Positions 63,540 to 63,716 of a DNA stretch of 63,716 nucleotides are shown in pieces. Where the stretch lies: contig NC_068990.1 of NCBI RefSeq assembly GCF_001194135.2, positions 12,365,745 to 12,429,460 of the forward strand, written 5' to 3'. Numbering within the stretch: the stretch's first letter is position 1; every line of letters starts with the position of its first letter. The translations under genes were made by a program, and so were the position numbers. The DNA is from Octopus bimaculoides. Lineage: Eukaryota. Under the pieces are notes generated by a model, which did no database searches, was not told the origin of the DNA, and worked only from the letters and a program-made list of their open reading frames with translations.

Positions 63540-63716
63540 CATTTCTTTTATTAGCCACACAGGGCTCAACGAAGATGGGACAAATACAATGTAGAGCTTT
63601 TCTTTTTGGAAGGGGGAAAGGAAGGAAAAAAAAAAAAAGAAAAAAAAAAATTGGTGGTGTCGATCAAAAGGGATCGTAGGAAGGGAAAAAGGGGCAGTTC
63701 GATCAAAAGGGATCGA
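63540..63716 (-). mobile_element. Second copy of the CGATC-hairpin retroposon, cut by the window edge
   Basis: About 69 bp identical to the 16880 copy; again abuts (AGAT)n. Confidence 0.88.

Overview
AT-rich, microsatellite-dense eukaryotic DNA with 19 N-gaps (about 6.6 kb, most bordered by (TA)n). It is not prokaryotic. The repeat families look like those of octopus (coleoid cephalopod) genomes; this is pattern recognition, not a database result. No protein-coding exon can be called with confidence, and the supplied ORF track is almost entirely microsatellite, gap and repeat artefact. The window reads as a large intron or intergenic stretch. It holds: (1) tRNA-derived SINEs, mainly family A (about 15 copies, two alternative 3' tails, 11-16 bp TSDs) and CORE-like families B, F and G; (2) retroposon families D and E with (GAT)n and (AAC)n tails; (3) decayed RTE-clade LINE fragments; (4) a 213-bp foldback element, a hAT-like end and a Helentron/HINE-like end; (5) a perfect 16 x 11-bp array. 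The most interesting signal is self-cleaving RNA. Three unrelated Penelope-like remnants carry hammerhead ribozyme (HHR) motifs: a near-complete type I HHR at 9304-9363 (-), a head-to-head pair of minimal short-stem-III HHRs at 30191-30335 (same architecture at 23757-24016), and an atypical, possibly self-inhibited pair of cores at 46885-47045. Family letters A-G are my own working labels.
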